From: Candidatus Sungiibacteriota bacterium
GTDB lineage: Bacteria; Patescibacteriota; Minisyncoccia; Sungbacterales; JACQCQ01
DNA length: 64,000 nt
Reading direction: 5' to 3'
Assembly (NCBI GenBank): GCA_016201505.1
Contig: JACQCQ010000002.1
Span: forward strand, 76,750-140,749
A program made the position numbers and the translations under genes. Below the pieces are notes generated by a model, which was not told the origin of the DNA, searched no databases, and saw only the letters and a program-made list of their open reading frames with translations. This document shows positions 38,720 to 48,101 of this stretch, one piece after another (the stretch's first letter is position 1; the number at the start of each line of letters is the position of its first letter).

Positions 38720-39778
38720 ATGAATCCTAAGCGGCTCCTCGTTTTCGGCATACTCTTAGGATTATTTTTTGCGCCCATTCTTAATTACCTGGTGACGGAA
38801 CGGATTCTCTTTGAAGGGGGCGGTGGAGTCAGTCTAGAAAAGAGTTTGATGCAGTCGCTATGGGCTAAAATTCTTTTAAATCCGAATCTCTATACGTCAA
38901 ATACGGCTGCACCCGCTGGCGCAACCTCGACCGGAAAGAAGCCGGTGCATGCGACTCCCCTTAAACTTCCCGTAGAAAAGAAAAAGCTAGCAGAGTCAGT
39001 AAAACCTGCCCCCGCGAGCCAAAAATCGACTGAGCCCATGACAGCCGAACCGCGGCAGGCTTTCTTAACTTCTCAAGTGGTCTATTCGCGCATTGATACC
39101 GCCGTGGTTCAGATCATTTGCCACCTATCAGCCGATGTGCTCGTTACCGGAAGCGGGTTCGTTATTTCAGCCGACGGATTGATTCTCACCAATGCCCATG
39201 TTGTAGAAGGCGGGACCGATTGCGTGGTTAAAACCGGAGACCCGGCCCAGTTCTCGGGAAATTTTAAAATTCTCTATGCCGGAGATTCGTCAGAAAAAAT
39301 TGAGGGCACCTCTGTTTCGAAACGAGATTATGCCATCGGAAAAATTACTGAATTATCCGAACATTCGCTGTTTCATCAGCCCTTTTGGTATTTAAAATTG
39401 AATACAAATTTTCCCGCGCATGATGGTGATCGGTATTATCTGGCGGCCTATTCATCTGAACTGATCGGCAGTTCGGGACTCCGCGGCGCGCAAAACTTGG
39501 TGTTCAGCTCAAGTGCGCTGCTTAATCTTTACCTACCCGGCATCATGGAATTAGCCGGCAATATTTCAACGCAGGAGGGTGCGTCAGGCAGTCCGGTGAT
39601 TTCTCCCGTGGATGCGAGTGTCATCGGGCTTGTCTTCGGTCAGGATAAAAGCCAGGAAACAAACCCCAATACGTCAGCCCGTACCGAATTTGCTTTTACG
39701 ATGAGTTCTATTGCTTCATTAATTCAAAAAGACACGGGTAAATCTTTGGCCGAGTTTTTGAGTTCCATCGATCAGTAA
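38720..39778 (+). CDS. Membrane-anchored trypsin-like serine protease
   Basis: GSGFVI, ILTNAHVV, DYA and GASGSPV. Confidence 0.85.
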   Translation: MNPKRLLVFGILLGLFFAPILNYLVTERILFEGGGGVSLEKSLMQSLWAKILLNPNLYTSNTAAPAGATSTGKKPVHATPLKLPVEKKKLAESVKPAPASQKSTEPMTAEPRQAFLTSQVVYSRIDTAVVQIICHLSADVLVTGSGFVISADGLILTNAHVVEGGTDCVVKTGDPAQFSGNFKILYAGDSSEKIEGTSVSKRDYAIGKITELSEHSLFHQPFWYLKLNTNFPAHDGDRYYLAAYSSELIGSSGLRGAQNLVFSSSALLNLYLPGIMELAGNISTQEGASGSPVISPVDASVIGLVFGQDKSQETNPNTSARTEFAFTMSSIASLIQKDTGKSLAEFLSSIDQ

Positions 39779-39839
39779 ATTATTGCTCCCATCTTGCAGA
39801 TACGTGATTGATTTGCTAGTTTTTTAATGCAGTAAATCC

Positions 39840-41225
39840 ATGTCTGATCGAAAAGAGGCCCTATCTATTTCTTCACGCCGAATCATCGCCGGCTTAATCG
39901 TTCTCCTGGCTTTGGCACTCGCGGTCTTTGACGCGCCGGGCTTTTGGAATAAACATGTCCCAGCGTTTTTTGGTCTGCCGAAATCAATCATAAAACCCTT
40001 TCGCTTGGGTCTTGATTTGCAGGGCGGCACGCACCTCGTCTATCAAGCCGATTTTTCGCATACGAACGTTCCTGACCAAGCTGAAGCCATGGCAGGCCTG
40101 CGCGATGTCATCGAGCGCCGCGTCAACACCTTCGGCGTGGCCGAGCCCTTGGTCGAAGTCAACCACGTCGGCAGTAACTGGCGGCTGATTGTGGAGCTCG
40201 CCGGCATCCGCGATATTAATCAAGCTATCAAGTACATTGGCCAGACTCCGTCGCTTGAGTTTCGTGAATTAAAAACGGGCACCTCGACGGTTACAGGCTT
40301 CAATGCCGCCTCAGCTAAAGGCAATATTGATTACAATCAATATTTCCTTCCCGCTCTACTTACCGGCCGATACTTCGATAAAGCCGAGCTCGAGTTTGAT
40401 CCGAATGTCCCGAATACGCCGATCATCGGCATTCAATTTAGTGCCGAGGGCGGAAAGCTTTTTGAGAATATGACCAAGCGAAACGTCGGACGCCCGATCG
40501 GGATTTTTGTGGATGGAGAGCTTCTGTCTGCACCGAACGTCAACGAGCCGATTTCAGGCGGGAGGGCGGTTATCACGGGTCAATTTACCACAGATTACGC
40601 CAAAGCTTTGGTGCGCAATTTAAACTCCGGCGCCTTGCCTGTTCCCATCGGTCTTCTCTCACAGCAGTCGGTTGAAGCCTCACTCGGCATCGCCTCACTT
40701 GAATCATCGCTGCGCGCCGCGCTGGCGGCCTTCCTGCTTGTTACGCTCTTCATGATTATTTGGTATCGGCTGCCGGGGTTACTGGCCGTACTTGCCCTCA
40801 CCATATATGCCGTCATTACGCTGGCCTTGTTTAAACTTGTCGGTGTGACGCTGACAACCGCCGGCATCGCAGGATTTATCTTATCGGTTGGCATGGCGGT
40901 CGACGCTAACATTTTGATCTTTGAGCGCATGAAAGAAGAATTGAGTAGAGGAAAACCTCTACAGCCAGCGATGGAGGAGGGGTTCGAGCGCGCCTGGACC
41001 TCGATTCGCGACTCAAATGTTTCAAGTCTGATCACTTCGGCTATTCTCTACTGGCTCGGAACATCCGTCGTCCGCGGATTTGCTACGACCCTTGCCATCG
41101 GCATCATGGTCAGCATGTTCACGGCCCTCACCGTCTCCCGCACGTTTTTAATCGCCAGCCTCCGCCGAAACGCGAGCACCACATGGTATCTTTCGGGCTT
41201 TTCTCTTAGGCATAATCAATCATGA
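39840..41225 (+). CDS. secD: Protein translocase subunit SecD
   Basis: LGLDLQGG, IERRVN..GVAEP and GMAVDANILIFER. Confidence 0.96.
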   Translation: MSDRKEALSISSRRIIAGLIVLLALALAVFDAPGFWNKHVPAFFGLPKSIIKPFRLGLDLQGGTHLVYQADFSHTNVPDQAEAMAGLRDVIERRVNTFGVAEPLVEVNHVGSNWRLIVELAGIRDINQAIKYIGQTPSLEFRELKTGTSTVTGFNAASAKGNIDYNQYFLPALLTGRYFDKAELEFDPNVPNTPIIGIQFSAEGGKLFENMTKRNVGRPIGIFVDGELLSAPNVNEPISGGRAVITGQFTTDYAKALVRNLNSGALPVPIGLLSQQSVEASLGIASLESSLRAALAAFLLVTLFMIIWYRLPGLLAVLALTIYAVITLALFKLVGVTLTTAGIAGFILSVGMAVDANILIFERMKEELSRGKPLQPAMEEGFERAWTSIRDSNVSSLITSAILYWLGTSVVRGFATTLAIGIMVSMFTALTVSRTFLIASLRRNASTTWYLSGFSLRHNQS

Positions 41226-42127
41226 CTTTGATCCGTTATCGAAAACTGACCTATATTTTTTCCGGGACGTTAGTGCTGCTTTCACTCATTGCGCTCCTGG
41301 TTTGGCACCTGAAACTGGGTATTGATTTTACCGGGGGCTCGCTGATTGAAATCGAATATCGATCCGACCGCCCAAGTTTGGATGAGCTGAACAAAGATTT
41401 AGTTGGGTCCGGATTTCACACGGAAATTCAGCCGACCGAAGCCCGGGGTGTTTTTATTCGAACACAAAGTTTAATGGAACCGGAGCATCAAGCGCTGCTT
41501 TTCGCCTTGAGCCACGGCGATAAGAATCTATTCACGGAAAAAAAGTTTGACTCCATCGGGCCGACTATTGGAGCCGAACTGGCGCGAAAGTCAGTCTATG
41601 CGATTTTCCTGGTTATTCTTTTAATCGTGCTCTATATTGCTTTTGTTTTTCGTAAAGTTTCGGAACCCGTGGCTTCATGGAAATACGGCATCGCAACCGT
41701 CATCGCCTTAATCCATGACGTGATGATTCCCGTCGGGGTATTTACCGTGCTCGGTCATTTTTTTGGCTTTGAAGCCGACACCTTATTCGTGACCGCGCTG
41801 CTCACAATTCTCGGCTTTTCGGTTCACGATACTATCGTGGTCTTTGACCGCATTCGCGAAAATTTGAAGATTGGTAACAGAAATCAGTCCTTTGAGGATA
41901 TTGTCGGGAGAAGCATCTCCCAGACAATCACGCGCTCGATCAACACCTCAATGACCGTCCTGCTTGTTCTCTTTGGCGTTTATTTCTTCGGCGGCGAGTC
42001 GGTCAAGACCTTTGCCCTCACCTTGATCATTGGCATTTTCTTTGGTACATATTCATCGATCTTTTTGGCAAGCCCCCTGCTCGTTACCTGGCACGGGCTG
42101 ATCACGCGCCGAGGTAGGCGCCTGTAA
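41222..42127 (+). CDS. secF: Protein translocase subunit SecF
   Basis: LGIDFTGG, GFSVHDTIVVFDRIRE and RSINTS. Confidence 0.96.
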   Translation: MTLIRYRKLTYIFSGTLVLLSLIALLVWHLKLGIDFTGGSLIEIEYRSDRPSLDELNKDLVGSGFHTEIQPTEARGVFIRTQSLMEPEHQALLFALSHGDKNLFTEKKFDSIGPTIGAELARKSVYAIFLVILLIVLYIAFVFRKVSEPVASWKYGIATVIALIHDVMIPVGVFTVLGHFFGFEADTLFVTALLTILGFSVHDTIVVFDRIRENLKIGNRNQSFEDIVGRSISQTITRSINTSMTVLLVLFGVYFFGGESVKTFALTLIIGIFFGTYSSIFLASPLLVTWHGLITRRGRRL

Positions 42128-42270
42128 GGCGACAAGTAGCTCAATTTTGAAAAAATGGACGCTGAGTTGACATATTGTCAAGCTAGTGCTACTTTATAGC
42201 TACCTCTAGACTTAGCCTAAAAACGGCCCGGATTTGCGGCTTCGGCTTCTCTGTTTTAAATTTTAAATCA

Positions 42271-43320
42271 ATGTTGCAGCCTATTAAGACACAATTGAAA
42301 CTTAAAGAAACTTCACAAGACCTGCTGAAGCATATTGAAAATAAGCGCGTGCGGGAGGTTTTGGAGAAGCGTTTTGGATTGAAAACCGGAGATAAGAAAA
42401 CGCTGGAAGCCATTGGGAAAGAGTATGGCATTACGCGTGAACGAGTCCGCCAAATTGAAGCCGATGGTCTTCGTGCGCTGGTTCTACCCGCAGTCTATTC
42501 GACGGCTGATTTGGTATTTAAAGCATTACGCGAACACATTGAAGAGCATGGCGGCGTGGCAGCCGAGCATAATTTGCTGTTTAGCCTGGCGGATGCTAAA
42601 TCGCATGCGCATGCCACCTTTTTACTGACCGTCGGCAAACCTTTTTCCAAGAAACAGGAAACCGACCGCGCTCATCCAACCTGGTATACTGATAAATCAG
42701 CGCATGACGTGCTGGAGAAAGTTTTAGACGGCGTCTATCGTGACCTCGAGATAAAGAAAGTGCCGGTGAGAAAGGAGGCTCTCATCGCCCTGTTTGCCAA
42801 AGAGGCAGAAAAAGTTCTGGGTCATCGTCCCAAAGATCATGTCCTCTTAAATTATCTTGGGGCGGCCAAATTGATCGGCGAAAATCCTTACGGAGAGTTC
42901 GGCCTTATTTCCTGGCCGACCATCCGACCCAAAGGTGTTCGCGATAAGGCTTATATGGTTTTGCAAAAGTCCGCCAAACCCATGCATTTTCGCGCAGTAG
43001 CCGAAGCCATTAATAAAATGAATTGGGCTAAAAAGGCGGCGCATCCCCAGACGGTGCATAACGAATTGATTAAGGCGCAAGACCGGTTTGTCTTGGTCGG
43101 CCGCGGACTGTATGCCTTGCGGGAATGGGGGTATCTACCGGGCACCGTCGCCGATGTGGTCAAGGGAATAATCAATGAGGCGGGCAAGCCCCTGGGCCGT
43201 GAGGAAATTGTTTCGCGGGTTCTCGCTAAACGATTCGTTAAAGAAAACACGATCTTGCTGAATTTGCAGAATCGCAATCTATTTACCAAAGAACCCGACG
43301 GAAAATATTTCGTCGCCTGA
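42271..43320 (+). CDS. Sigma70 region-4 HTH plus winged-HTH (RNAP delta/HARE-HTH-like) protein
   Basis: TLEAIGKEYGITRERVRQIE at the N-terminus; HPQTVHNELI..RFVLVGRGLYAL. Confidence 0.75.
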   Translation: MLQPIKTQLKLKETSQDLLKHIENKRVREVLEKRFGLKTGDKKTLEAIGKEYGITRERVRQIEADGLRALVLPAVYSTADLVFKALREHIEEHGGVAAEHNLLFSLADAKSHAHATFLLTVGKPFSKKQETDRAHPTWYTDKSAHDVLEKVLDGVYRDLEIKKVPVRKEALIALFAKEAEKVLGHRPKDHVLLNYLGAAKLIGENPYGEFGLISWPTIRPKGVRDKAYMVLQKSAKPMHFRAVAEAINKMNWAKKAAHPQTVHNELIKAQDRFVLVGRGLYALREWGYLPGTVADVVKGIINEAGKPLGREEIVSRVLAKRFVKENTILLNLQNRNLFTKEPDGKYFVA

Positions 43321-43321
43321 A

Positions 43322-43393
43322 GTTGACTACAGACTACTGTCTACAGTCTACGGCGCAAGCGGTAGTCAGTAGACTGTCAGTGGTAGTCAGTCA
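43322..43393. repeat. Inverted 7-mer (CAGTCTA-type) array element
   Basis: GACTACAGACTACTGTCTACAGTCTAC ... GTAGTCAGTAGACTGTCAGTGGTAGTC; similar to the 23S insert at about 52226-52302. Confidence 0.75.
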
Positions 43394-43414
43394 GTAAATA
43401 GGGGAAGCCCCTCT

Positions 43415-44887
43415 ATGCAGATTCTTTTAGAAAATTTTGGGATAGTCTATACCGTAGCTGCCAATAGCTGGTGGTTTATTTTGCCGGCATTTTTTCTGTA
43501 TCTGGCCGCGGAAGCTCACAAATATTCTCTGATTGCGGAAAAAATAAAAGAAACAAAATGGCTGTTGCTTGAGATTAAAGTACCGCGGGAAATTTTAAAA
43601 TCACCCGAGGCCATGGAGCGCGTATTTGCGGGCCTCCACGGGCCCTACGATCCGCCGGAAAAATTTAAAGAATATTATTTGGAGCCAAAAATCCGCTTGT
43701 GGTATAACTTTGAAATTGCCGGCCAAGCCGGCGATATTCGGTTTTATGCCTACGTGCCGGTCAAGTGGCGCAATCTGGTCGAAGCCCAGATGTACGCCCA
43801 GTATCCAGACATCTCGATTGCCGAAGCCAAAGATTACACTGCGTCCGTCCCCGATGACATTCCGAATGCTGATTATGATATGTGGGGCATGGAGTTGACT
43901 CTGGCGCGGGACATGTATTATCCGATTTTAACCTATAAGGAGTTTAAAAGTTTGGCGGAGCCGAATGCTACGAAAGACAATATCGGTGAGGCCTTAAAGA
44001 TTGACCCGCTCTCGGCGTTTGCCGAAAGCCTGGCGAAACTCCACCCCGGCGAGCAAATTTGGTTTCAGTTGCTCGCCCGTCCCTGCGGCAAGCCGGGCCA
44101 GGGTCCGAATGACAATTGGGCGGAAAAAGGTCAGGAACTGGTGGATAAACTGGCCGGACGGGAAAAACCAAAGCCAAAACCCTGGTACGCCTCACTGGTT
44201 GAAATCATCGCCGCATTTTTTGAGGAAGGCGGTGAACTGATTAAAGAGGGCATCAAGCCCTTATCGTCTTCCGGCGAGCGTGGACTCGGCCGCCTGATGG
44301 CTCTACCCGTGAAAGAAGAAAAAAAAGTTGATCTGTCCGAGCTCATACATAAGACTCAAGGCGAAAAGGATGTGATGTCCGCCGTTGAGGAGAAAATTTC
44401 GAAACTGGGCTATGAGACGGTTGCGCGCGTCATCTATGTGGCGAGACGCGATGTTTTTGATATGGCGACCGTCGGATCATTGTTTGGCATGGTCAAGCAA
44501 TTTAACACCAACCATTTAAATGCTTTTAAGCCGAATGGCGATACGATTACCAAAAAAAAGGATTACTTCTGGGGTTTTGTCACTTCCGAGACGCACCAAA
44601 ACCGCATTAAACAGGGCCTAATCTACTCATACAAAAAGCGCAGTCTCTTCTGGGACTTAAAACCGATTGTGCCGTTTTTGCCGAAATCTCCGCTGCCGGC
44701 GCTGCAGGCGGCTTTGTACCACTTCATCCCTAATGCCATGGAGTATTCGCGTTCCAAACCCTTTGTTTTAAACACCGAAGAAATGGCAACATTGTTTCAT
44801 TTTCCGGGTTCGACCGTTTCTTCGCCCTCAATGCCCAGAATCCAGGCCAAAGCCTCGGAACCGCCGATTAATTTACCCACCGGGTAG
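43415..44887 (+). CDS. Membrane-anchored hypothetical protein associated with the downstream ATPase
   Basis: N-terminal TM, LLEIKVPRE..KSPEAME, YAQYP and LNTEEMATLFHFP. Confidence 0.65.
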   Translation: MQILLENFGIVYTVAANSWWFILPAFFLYLAAEAHKYSLIAEKIKETKWLLLEIKVPREILKSPEAMERVFAGLHGPYDPPEKFKEYYLEPKIRLWYNFEIAGQAGDIRFYAYVPVKWRNLVEAQMYAQYPDISIAEAKDYTASVPDDIPNADYDMWGMELTLARDMYYPILTYKEFKSLAEPNATKDNIGEALKIDPLSAFAESLAKLHPGEQIWFQLLARPCGKPGQGPNDNWAEKGQELVDKLAGREKPKPKPWYASLVEIIAAFFEEGGELIKEGIKPLSSSGERGLGRLMALPVKEEKKVDLSELIHKTQGEKDVMSAVEEKISKLGYETVARVIYVARRDVFDMATVGSLFGMVKQFNTNHLNAFKPNGDTITKKKDYFWGFVTSETHQNRIKQGLIYSYKKRSLFWDLKPIVPFLPKSPLPALQAALYHFIPNAMEYSRSKPFVLNTEEMATLFHFPGSTVSSPSMPRIQAKASEPPINLPTG

Positions 44888-44891
44888 AAGT

Positions 44892-45290
44892 ATGAATAAA
44901 GAATTAAGAATAATGGAAAACCGAAAAATAGAAAATTTTAAAGATCTAGAGGCCCGGAAGAAAGGTCAGGCTTTTGTACTCAATATCTACCAGGTTACCA
45001 AACAATTTCCAAAAGAAGAGCAGTTCGGTCTTATTGCTCAGCTTCGGCGGGCTGGTGTCTCCATTACTTCTAATATTGCAGAGGGATTTAGTCGAAGATC
45101 ATATCGAGAAAAATCTCAGTTCTATGCCATCGCATTAGGATCTTTAACCGAGGTCCAAAGCCAGCTTCTAAGTGCACGTGATATTGGATATTTGGACCCA
45201 GATATCAATAACGCTTTGGATAGCGCAGGTGTCGAAATTCATAAAATAATTAACGGACTTATTAAGTCGTCCTTTATTCTTTATTCTTGA
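44892..45290 (+). CDS. Four-helix-bundle protein (23S-IVS protein / bAvd-like family)
   Basis: FKDL, FPKEEQFGLIAQLRRAGVSITSNIAEG and GSLTEVQSQL; alternative start 44913; flanked by inverted 7-mer arrays. Confidence 0.9.
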   Translation: MNKELRIMENRKIENFKDLEARKKGQAFVLNIYQVTKQFPKEEQFGLIAQLRRAGVSITSNIAEGFSRRSYREKSQFYAIALGSLTEVQSQLLSARDIGYLDPDINNALDSAGVEIHKIINGLIKSSFILYS

Positions 45291-45305
45291 TTCTTTATTC
45301 TCAGA

Positions 45306-47318
45306 ATGAACGACGTAACCTACTTTGGCGAAACGAACTTTAGAAACGAGCGGAGGCGCTTCGGGATTAAGCGCGCCGACCGGAGACGGCATATGTACAT
45401 CATCGGGAAAACCGGCACCGGCAAAACAACCCTGCTCGACAATATGACCGTCCAGGATATCGCGCATGGCAATGGCGTCGCCGTGATTGACCCGCACGGC
45501 GAGTACGCCGAACGCATGCTCGCTTTCGTGCCGCAAAACCGCATCCAGGACGTTGTCTACTTTAATCCGGCCGATCTTGATTATCCTTTCGGATTCAATA
45601 TGTTAGAGCAGCCAAAAGCCGAAATGCGCCACTTTGTGGCTTCCGGTTTGATGTCGGTTTTCAAAAAACTCTGGGTTGATGCCTGGTCGGCGCGCATGGA
45701 GTATTTTCTCTCCAATTCAATTCTCTCGCATCTGGAAATGCCGGACTCGACGTTGATGGGAGTGCATCGGATTTTTGGCGATAAGGCCTATCGAAGATCA
45801 CTGGTCTTACAGCTGCAGGATCCGGTTTTAAAGGCCTTTTGGGAAAACGAGTTCGACAAGCTTCCAGAGCAATTTATGCGCGAGGCGGTGGCCGCGATTC
45901 AAAATAAAGTCGGCCAGTTTATTGCCAATCCCTTAATCCGCAACATTATCGGTCAACCCCGTTCCACCTTCAACATTCGCGAAATCATGGATTCAAAAAA
46001 GATTTTAATCGCGAATCTTGCCAAGGGCCGCATCGGCGAAGAAAACTCAAAATTGCTCGGCGCCATGCTGGTCACGCGAATTTATCTTGCCGCCATGTCG
46101 CGGGTTGACGTACCCGAAGATGCCCGCGAGGATTTTTATGTCTATGTGGATGAGTTTCAGAACTTCGCCACCGAATCGTTTGCCTCGATCCTTTCCGAGG
46201 CGCGCAAATACCGCCTCAATTTAACGCTCGCCAATCAATACATGGCGCAGCTGGTTGATGATAAAACAAAGTCCGCCGTGCTCCGCGACGCCATTATCGG
46301 CAACGTCGGCAGCATGATTTCGTTTCGCATCGGCGCGGAAGACGCGGAAGTTTTAGAAAAAGAATTTGCGCCCGAGTTTTTAATTCAGGATTTCGTAAAC
46401 TTGGGATTCGCCAACGTCTATCTGAAATTAATGATCGATAACGTGGCTTCGCGGCCATTCTCGGCAGTTACTCTCGCGCCGATTGACACACCAACCATTA
46501 ATTACGCCAAAGAAATTATTGATTACTCGCGGCTGACCTACGGCCGGTCCCGCGAAGTAGTTGATCAGTCAATCCGGGACTGGGGTGGCTTTGCGATGAA
46601 ATCAGGGGCTTCAGTTTTTTCTGGGGTTCCCGTAGCGCCTCGCCCCGTGCCACACGTATCCGCGCGGGATTCATCTAACGCTTCGGTAATCAACCAGGCG
46701 CCCACCGCCGCCGTTTCCCCGCCAGCAGTCGCATCTGTAGCACGCCCCATCGTTTCAAAAGATGAAAATGGCCAGAAAATGTATCGCGCGACCTGCGCGA
46801 TTGATGGACAAGAAATTTGGGTGCCGTTTCAGCCTGACGGCCGGCGGCCGGTGTATTGCAGTGAACATTTAAGCCAGATTCAGCGTGGGCAAGGCCAAAG
46901 TCAGAACCAAGAATCAAAAAATATGAATCAGGGTTCCGTTGCGACGAGCGCTCTAATGCCAGCAGGAGAAGGAGAGAAGAAACGAAAACGCCGCCGCAAT
47001 CGTAATCGCAATAGACATCGCGAAGGAGCGGCGAGTTCCCATACCCAGGCTTTTCAGTCTGCCCCGGTCGTTCGCACATCAGATCAAACGATCTCGCTCC
47101 GCGACCTTTCACCAAAAAATGACTCAAGCCTGAATACCTTGCGAAAAGATCATGAGCCGCGTCCTCCGATGTCGCCCAAAAAACCAGTTGACCTTGGCGA
47201 GCTTCGCAAGGTGTTGCAAGAGACGATCACACGCTCTGCTCCCCAAACCCCACCGCCGGATTCTCAAAACGAACGAGAGTCAGGCACATTAAAACCGGGG
47301 GAGTCAATTAAGTTTTAA
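45306..47318 (+). CDS. TraD/VirD4/HerA-like P-loop ATPase with CxxC-x17-CxxC-like domain and disordered tail
   Basis: GKTGTGKT, IDPHG, YVDEFQNF, SEARKY and ATCAIDG..VPFQPDGRRPVYCSEH. Confidence 0.85.
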   Translation: MNDVTYFGETNFRNERRRFGIKRADRRRHMYIIGKTGTGKTTLLDNMTVQDIAHGNGVAVIDPHGEYAERMLAFVPQNRIQDVVYFNPADLDYPFGFNMLEQPKAEMRHFVASGLMSVFKKLWVDAWSARMEYFLSNSILSHLEMPDSTLMGVHRIFGDKAYRRSLVLQLQDPVLKAFWENEFDKLPEQFMREAVAAIQNKVGQFIANPLIRNIIGQPRSTFNIREIMDSKKILIANLAKGRIGEENSKLLGAMLVTRIYLAAMSRVDVPEDAREDFYVYVDEFQNFATESFASILSEARKYRLNLTLANQYMAQLVDDKTKSAVLRDAIIGNVGSMISFRIGAEDAEVLEKEFAPEFLIQDFVNLGFANVYLKLMIDNVASRPFSAVTLAPIDTPTINYAKEIIDYSRLTYGRSREVVDQSIRDWGGFAMKSGASVFSGVPVAPRPVPHVSARDSSNASVINQAPTAAVSPPAVASVARPIVSKDENGQKMYRATCAIDGQEIWVPFQPDGRRPVYCSEHLSQIQRGQGQSQNQESKNMNQGSVATSALMPAGEGEKKRKRRRNRNRNRHREGAASSHTQAFQSAPVVRTSDQTISLRDLSPKNDSSLNTLRKDHEPRPPMSPKKPVDLGELRKVLQETITRSAPQTPPPDSQNERESGTLKPGESIKF

Positions 47319-47385
47319 TTGTTGACGCCGAGTCTCTTTCGCGATAGTTTCAAAATAACGAACAGATACTCTCAAAGGAGGGCAT

Positions 47386-47520
47386 ATGTGCGTTCGATGC
47401 GGCCTGAATAAAGGCGAAGTGACCTGTATCTGCGGCGACTTTCTTTGCAAAGACTGTATGAGAGATGAGTGCGTCGAATCCGATGGTGAACACCATGCGG
47501 TGATAGCGTGTCTTTCGTAA
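47386..47520 (+). CDS. 44-aa Cys/His-rich zinc-finger microprotein (B-box-like spacing)
   Basis: MCVRCGLNKGEVTCICGDFLCKDCMRDECVESDGEHHAVIACLS; SD AAAGGAGG upstream. Confidence 0.7.
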   Translation: MCVRCGLNKGEVTCICGDFLCKDCMRDECVESDGEHHAVIACLS

Positions 47521-47534
47521 GCGCTATCATTGAA

Positions 47535-47666
47535 ATGCTCTATCCGTGCGGCAATGCGGATTGCAATAGCAAGGTTTCGTCGCTCAACTTCCTTTCTTGC
47601 CCACGGTGCTTTACGCACGTCTGTTCACTGAAGTGCCTCGAGAATCACAACTGTCCGGAGGCCTAG
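47535..47666 (+). CDS. 43-aa zinc-finger microprotein (zf-HIT/AN1-like spacing)
   Basis: MLYPCGNADCNSKVSSLNFLSCPRCFTHVCSLKCLENHNCPEA; hairpin follows. Confidence 0.65.
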   Translation: MLYPCGNADCNSKVSSLNFLSCPRCFTHVCSLKCLENHNCPEA

Positions 47667-47674
47667 GGCCGAAA

Positions 47675-47708
47675 GGGGTAGGGAAGAAGCCGTTTCTTTC
47701 CTACCCTT
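47675..47708 (+). terminator. Terminator-like hairpin after the zinc-finger ORFs
   Basis: GGGGTAGGGAAGAA...TTCTTTCCTACCCTT. Confidence 0.55.
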
Positions 47709-47745
47709 GACTTTTAATATAAATAGTGTATTATTGCTTAACTAA

Positions 47746-48020
47746 AGAGCGCCGCGGTTCTTGCATACTTCCGCGCCGCTTCCGCTGGACGTTGATCCGA
47801 AGGAGGAGTTCCGGTTCTAGTTCTTTGGGCTCGCAGACCCCAACATAGTCTTCAAATTCACCAGTGAATGGAATCAAATCAATCTTAATTCATGATTCTT
47901 TATTCTTGATTCTAGTCAGTGGTGAGATCAAAGACTCTTAGCTATTAAATTTATAGAAGAGGCAATACACGATGAGACAACTGTATTCTTTGCAACACGC
48001 GGGTACTGATCATCTAATCT
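47746..48020 (+). ncRNA. Candidate structured ncRNA, family unidentified
   Basis: TTGACT-N17-TATTAT promoter-like site at 47707; long-range pairings CCGCGG.TTGCA/TGCAAC.CGCGG and AGTCTT..TCACCA/TGGTGA..AAGACT; terminator follows; no ORF of 60 aa or more. Confidence 0.35.
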
Positions 48021-48023
48021 CAT

Positions 48024-48057
48024 AAATCAAAAAACCGCGAACGCGGTTTTTTGATTT
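48024..48057. terminator. Bidirectional intrinsic terminator
   Basis: AAATCAAAAAACCGCG-aa-CGCGGTTTTTTGATTT. Confidence 0.8.
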
Positions 48058-48063
48058 CATTCC

Positions 48064-48099
48064 TATACCTATACAGTACTATAGTACTGTATAGGTATA
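48064..48099. repeat. Perfect 36-bp palindrome, TACCTATAC family copy 2
   Basis: TATACCTATACAGTACTA|TAGTACTGTATAGGTATA. Confidence 0.9.
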
Positions 48100-48101
48100 T
48101 T

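Noticed and set aside
44892-45290. Diversity-generating retroelement (Avd)
   Set aside because: No reverse transcriptase and no TR/VR pair with adenine-specific mismatches seen in the window.
45306-47318. Conjugative element/ICE
   Set aside because: No relaxase, integrase or other T4SS genes nearby; the ATPase sits among chromosomal genes.
47795-47820. RNase P RNA (GAGGAGTTCCGG resembles GAGGAAAGUCC)
   Set aside because: Imperfect match and no 3' P4 partner (AGAACCCGGCUUA-like) found.
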